From the NCBI GenBank assembly GCA_025999335.1, contig AP024681.1:523547-587546 (forward strand): DNA of 64,000 bases, in the 5' to 3' direction. The position numbers and the translations under genes were made by a program. Shown piece after piece: positions 63,929 to 64,000 of this stretch; position 1 is the first letter of the stretch, and the number at the start of each line of letters is the position of its first letter. Source of the stretch: Candidatus Parcubacteria bacterium (GTDB lineage: Bacteria; Patescibacteriota; Minisyncoccia; UBA6257; HR35). The notes beneath the pieces are model-generated. The model was not told where the DNA came from. It ran no database searches and saw only the letters and a program-made list of their open reading frames with translations.

Positions 63929-64000
63929 AGATTAAGCCTAACCTATATATTAGTTTAAGAATTATTATATTTCTTATATATTATAAAATTCAATAAGATA

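Noticed and set aside
1-64000. Archaeal (DPANN) origin of the window, suggested by the archaeal-type UMP kinase
   Set aside because: Bacterial-type topA, RsmI, LD-transpeptidase/M23 peptidoglycan enzymes and bacterial tRNA features argue for a bacterium. Archaeal-type pyrH is known to occur in some reduced bacterial lineages.

Overview
This is an AT-rich (~30% GC), densely coded window. Its gene content suggests a small-genome Patescibacteria/CPR-like bacterium. The supporting genes are bacterial topA, rsmI, pyrG, tgt, an LD-transpeptidase/M23 fusion and a DJ-1 homologue, alongside an archaeal-type UMP kinase and many secreted Cys-rich or tandem-repeat proteins. Housekeeping genes are interspersed with accessory secreted proteins: two lamin-tail-domain repeats in one protein, a subtilisin next to a Kazal-domain protein, a VKOR homologue, and a candidate VapBC toxin-antitoxin pair.

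Three tRNA loci are recognisable by eye: tRNA-Pro(CGG), an intact tRNA-Asn(GUU), and a second tRNA-Asn(GUU) interrupted in the anticodon loop by a ~225-nt group I intron. A GIY-YIG nuclease ORF sits between a degenerate 5'-half copy of tRNA-Asn and the intact tRNA-Asn.

The most striking region is an ~11-kb integrated element (about 32.1-43.35 kb) that begins at the 3' end of the intact tRNA-Asn. It carries a large serine recombinase whose 3' end overlaps the tRNA, an iteron-rich non-coding region, a zf-CHC2/Toprim/P-loop primase-helicase, a MerR/Xis-like HTH, a 547-aa protein of unknown function, and a BcgI-like fused endonuclease/N6-adenine methyltransferase with a two-TRD specificity subunit. 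The element ends where a secreted-protein gene has lost its 5' end.

A 32-nt perfect palindrome occurs three times, bracketing an ArsR-like regulator and sitting between convergent genes. I found no rRNA and no CRISPR array.
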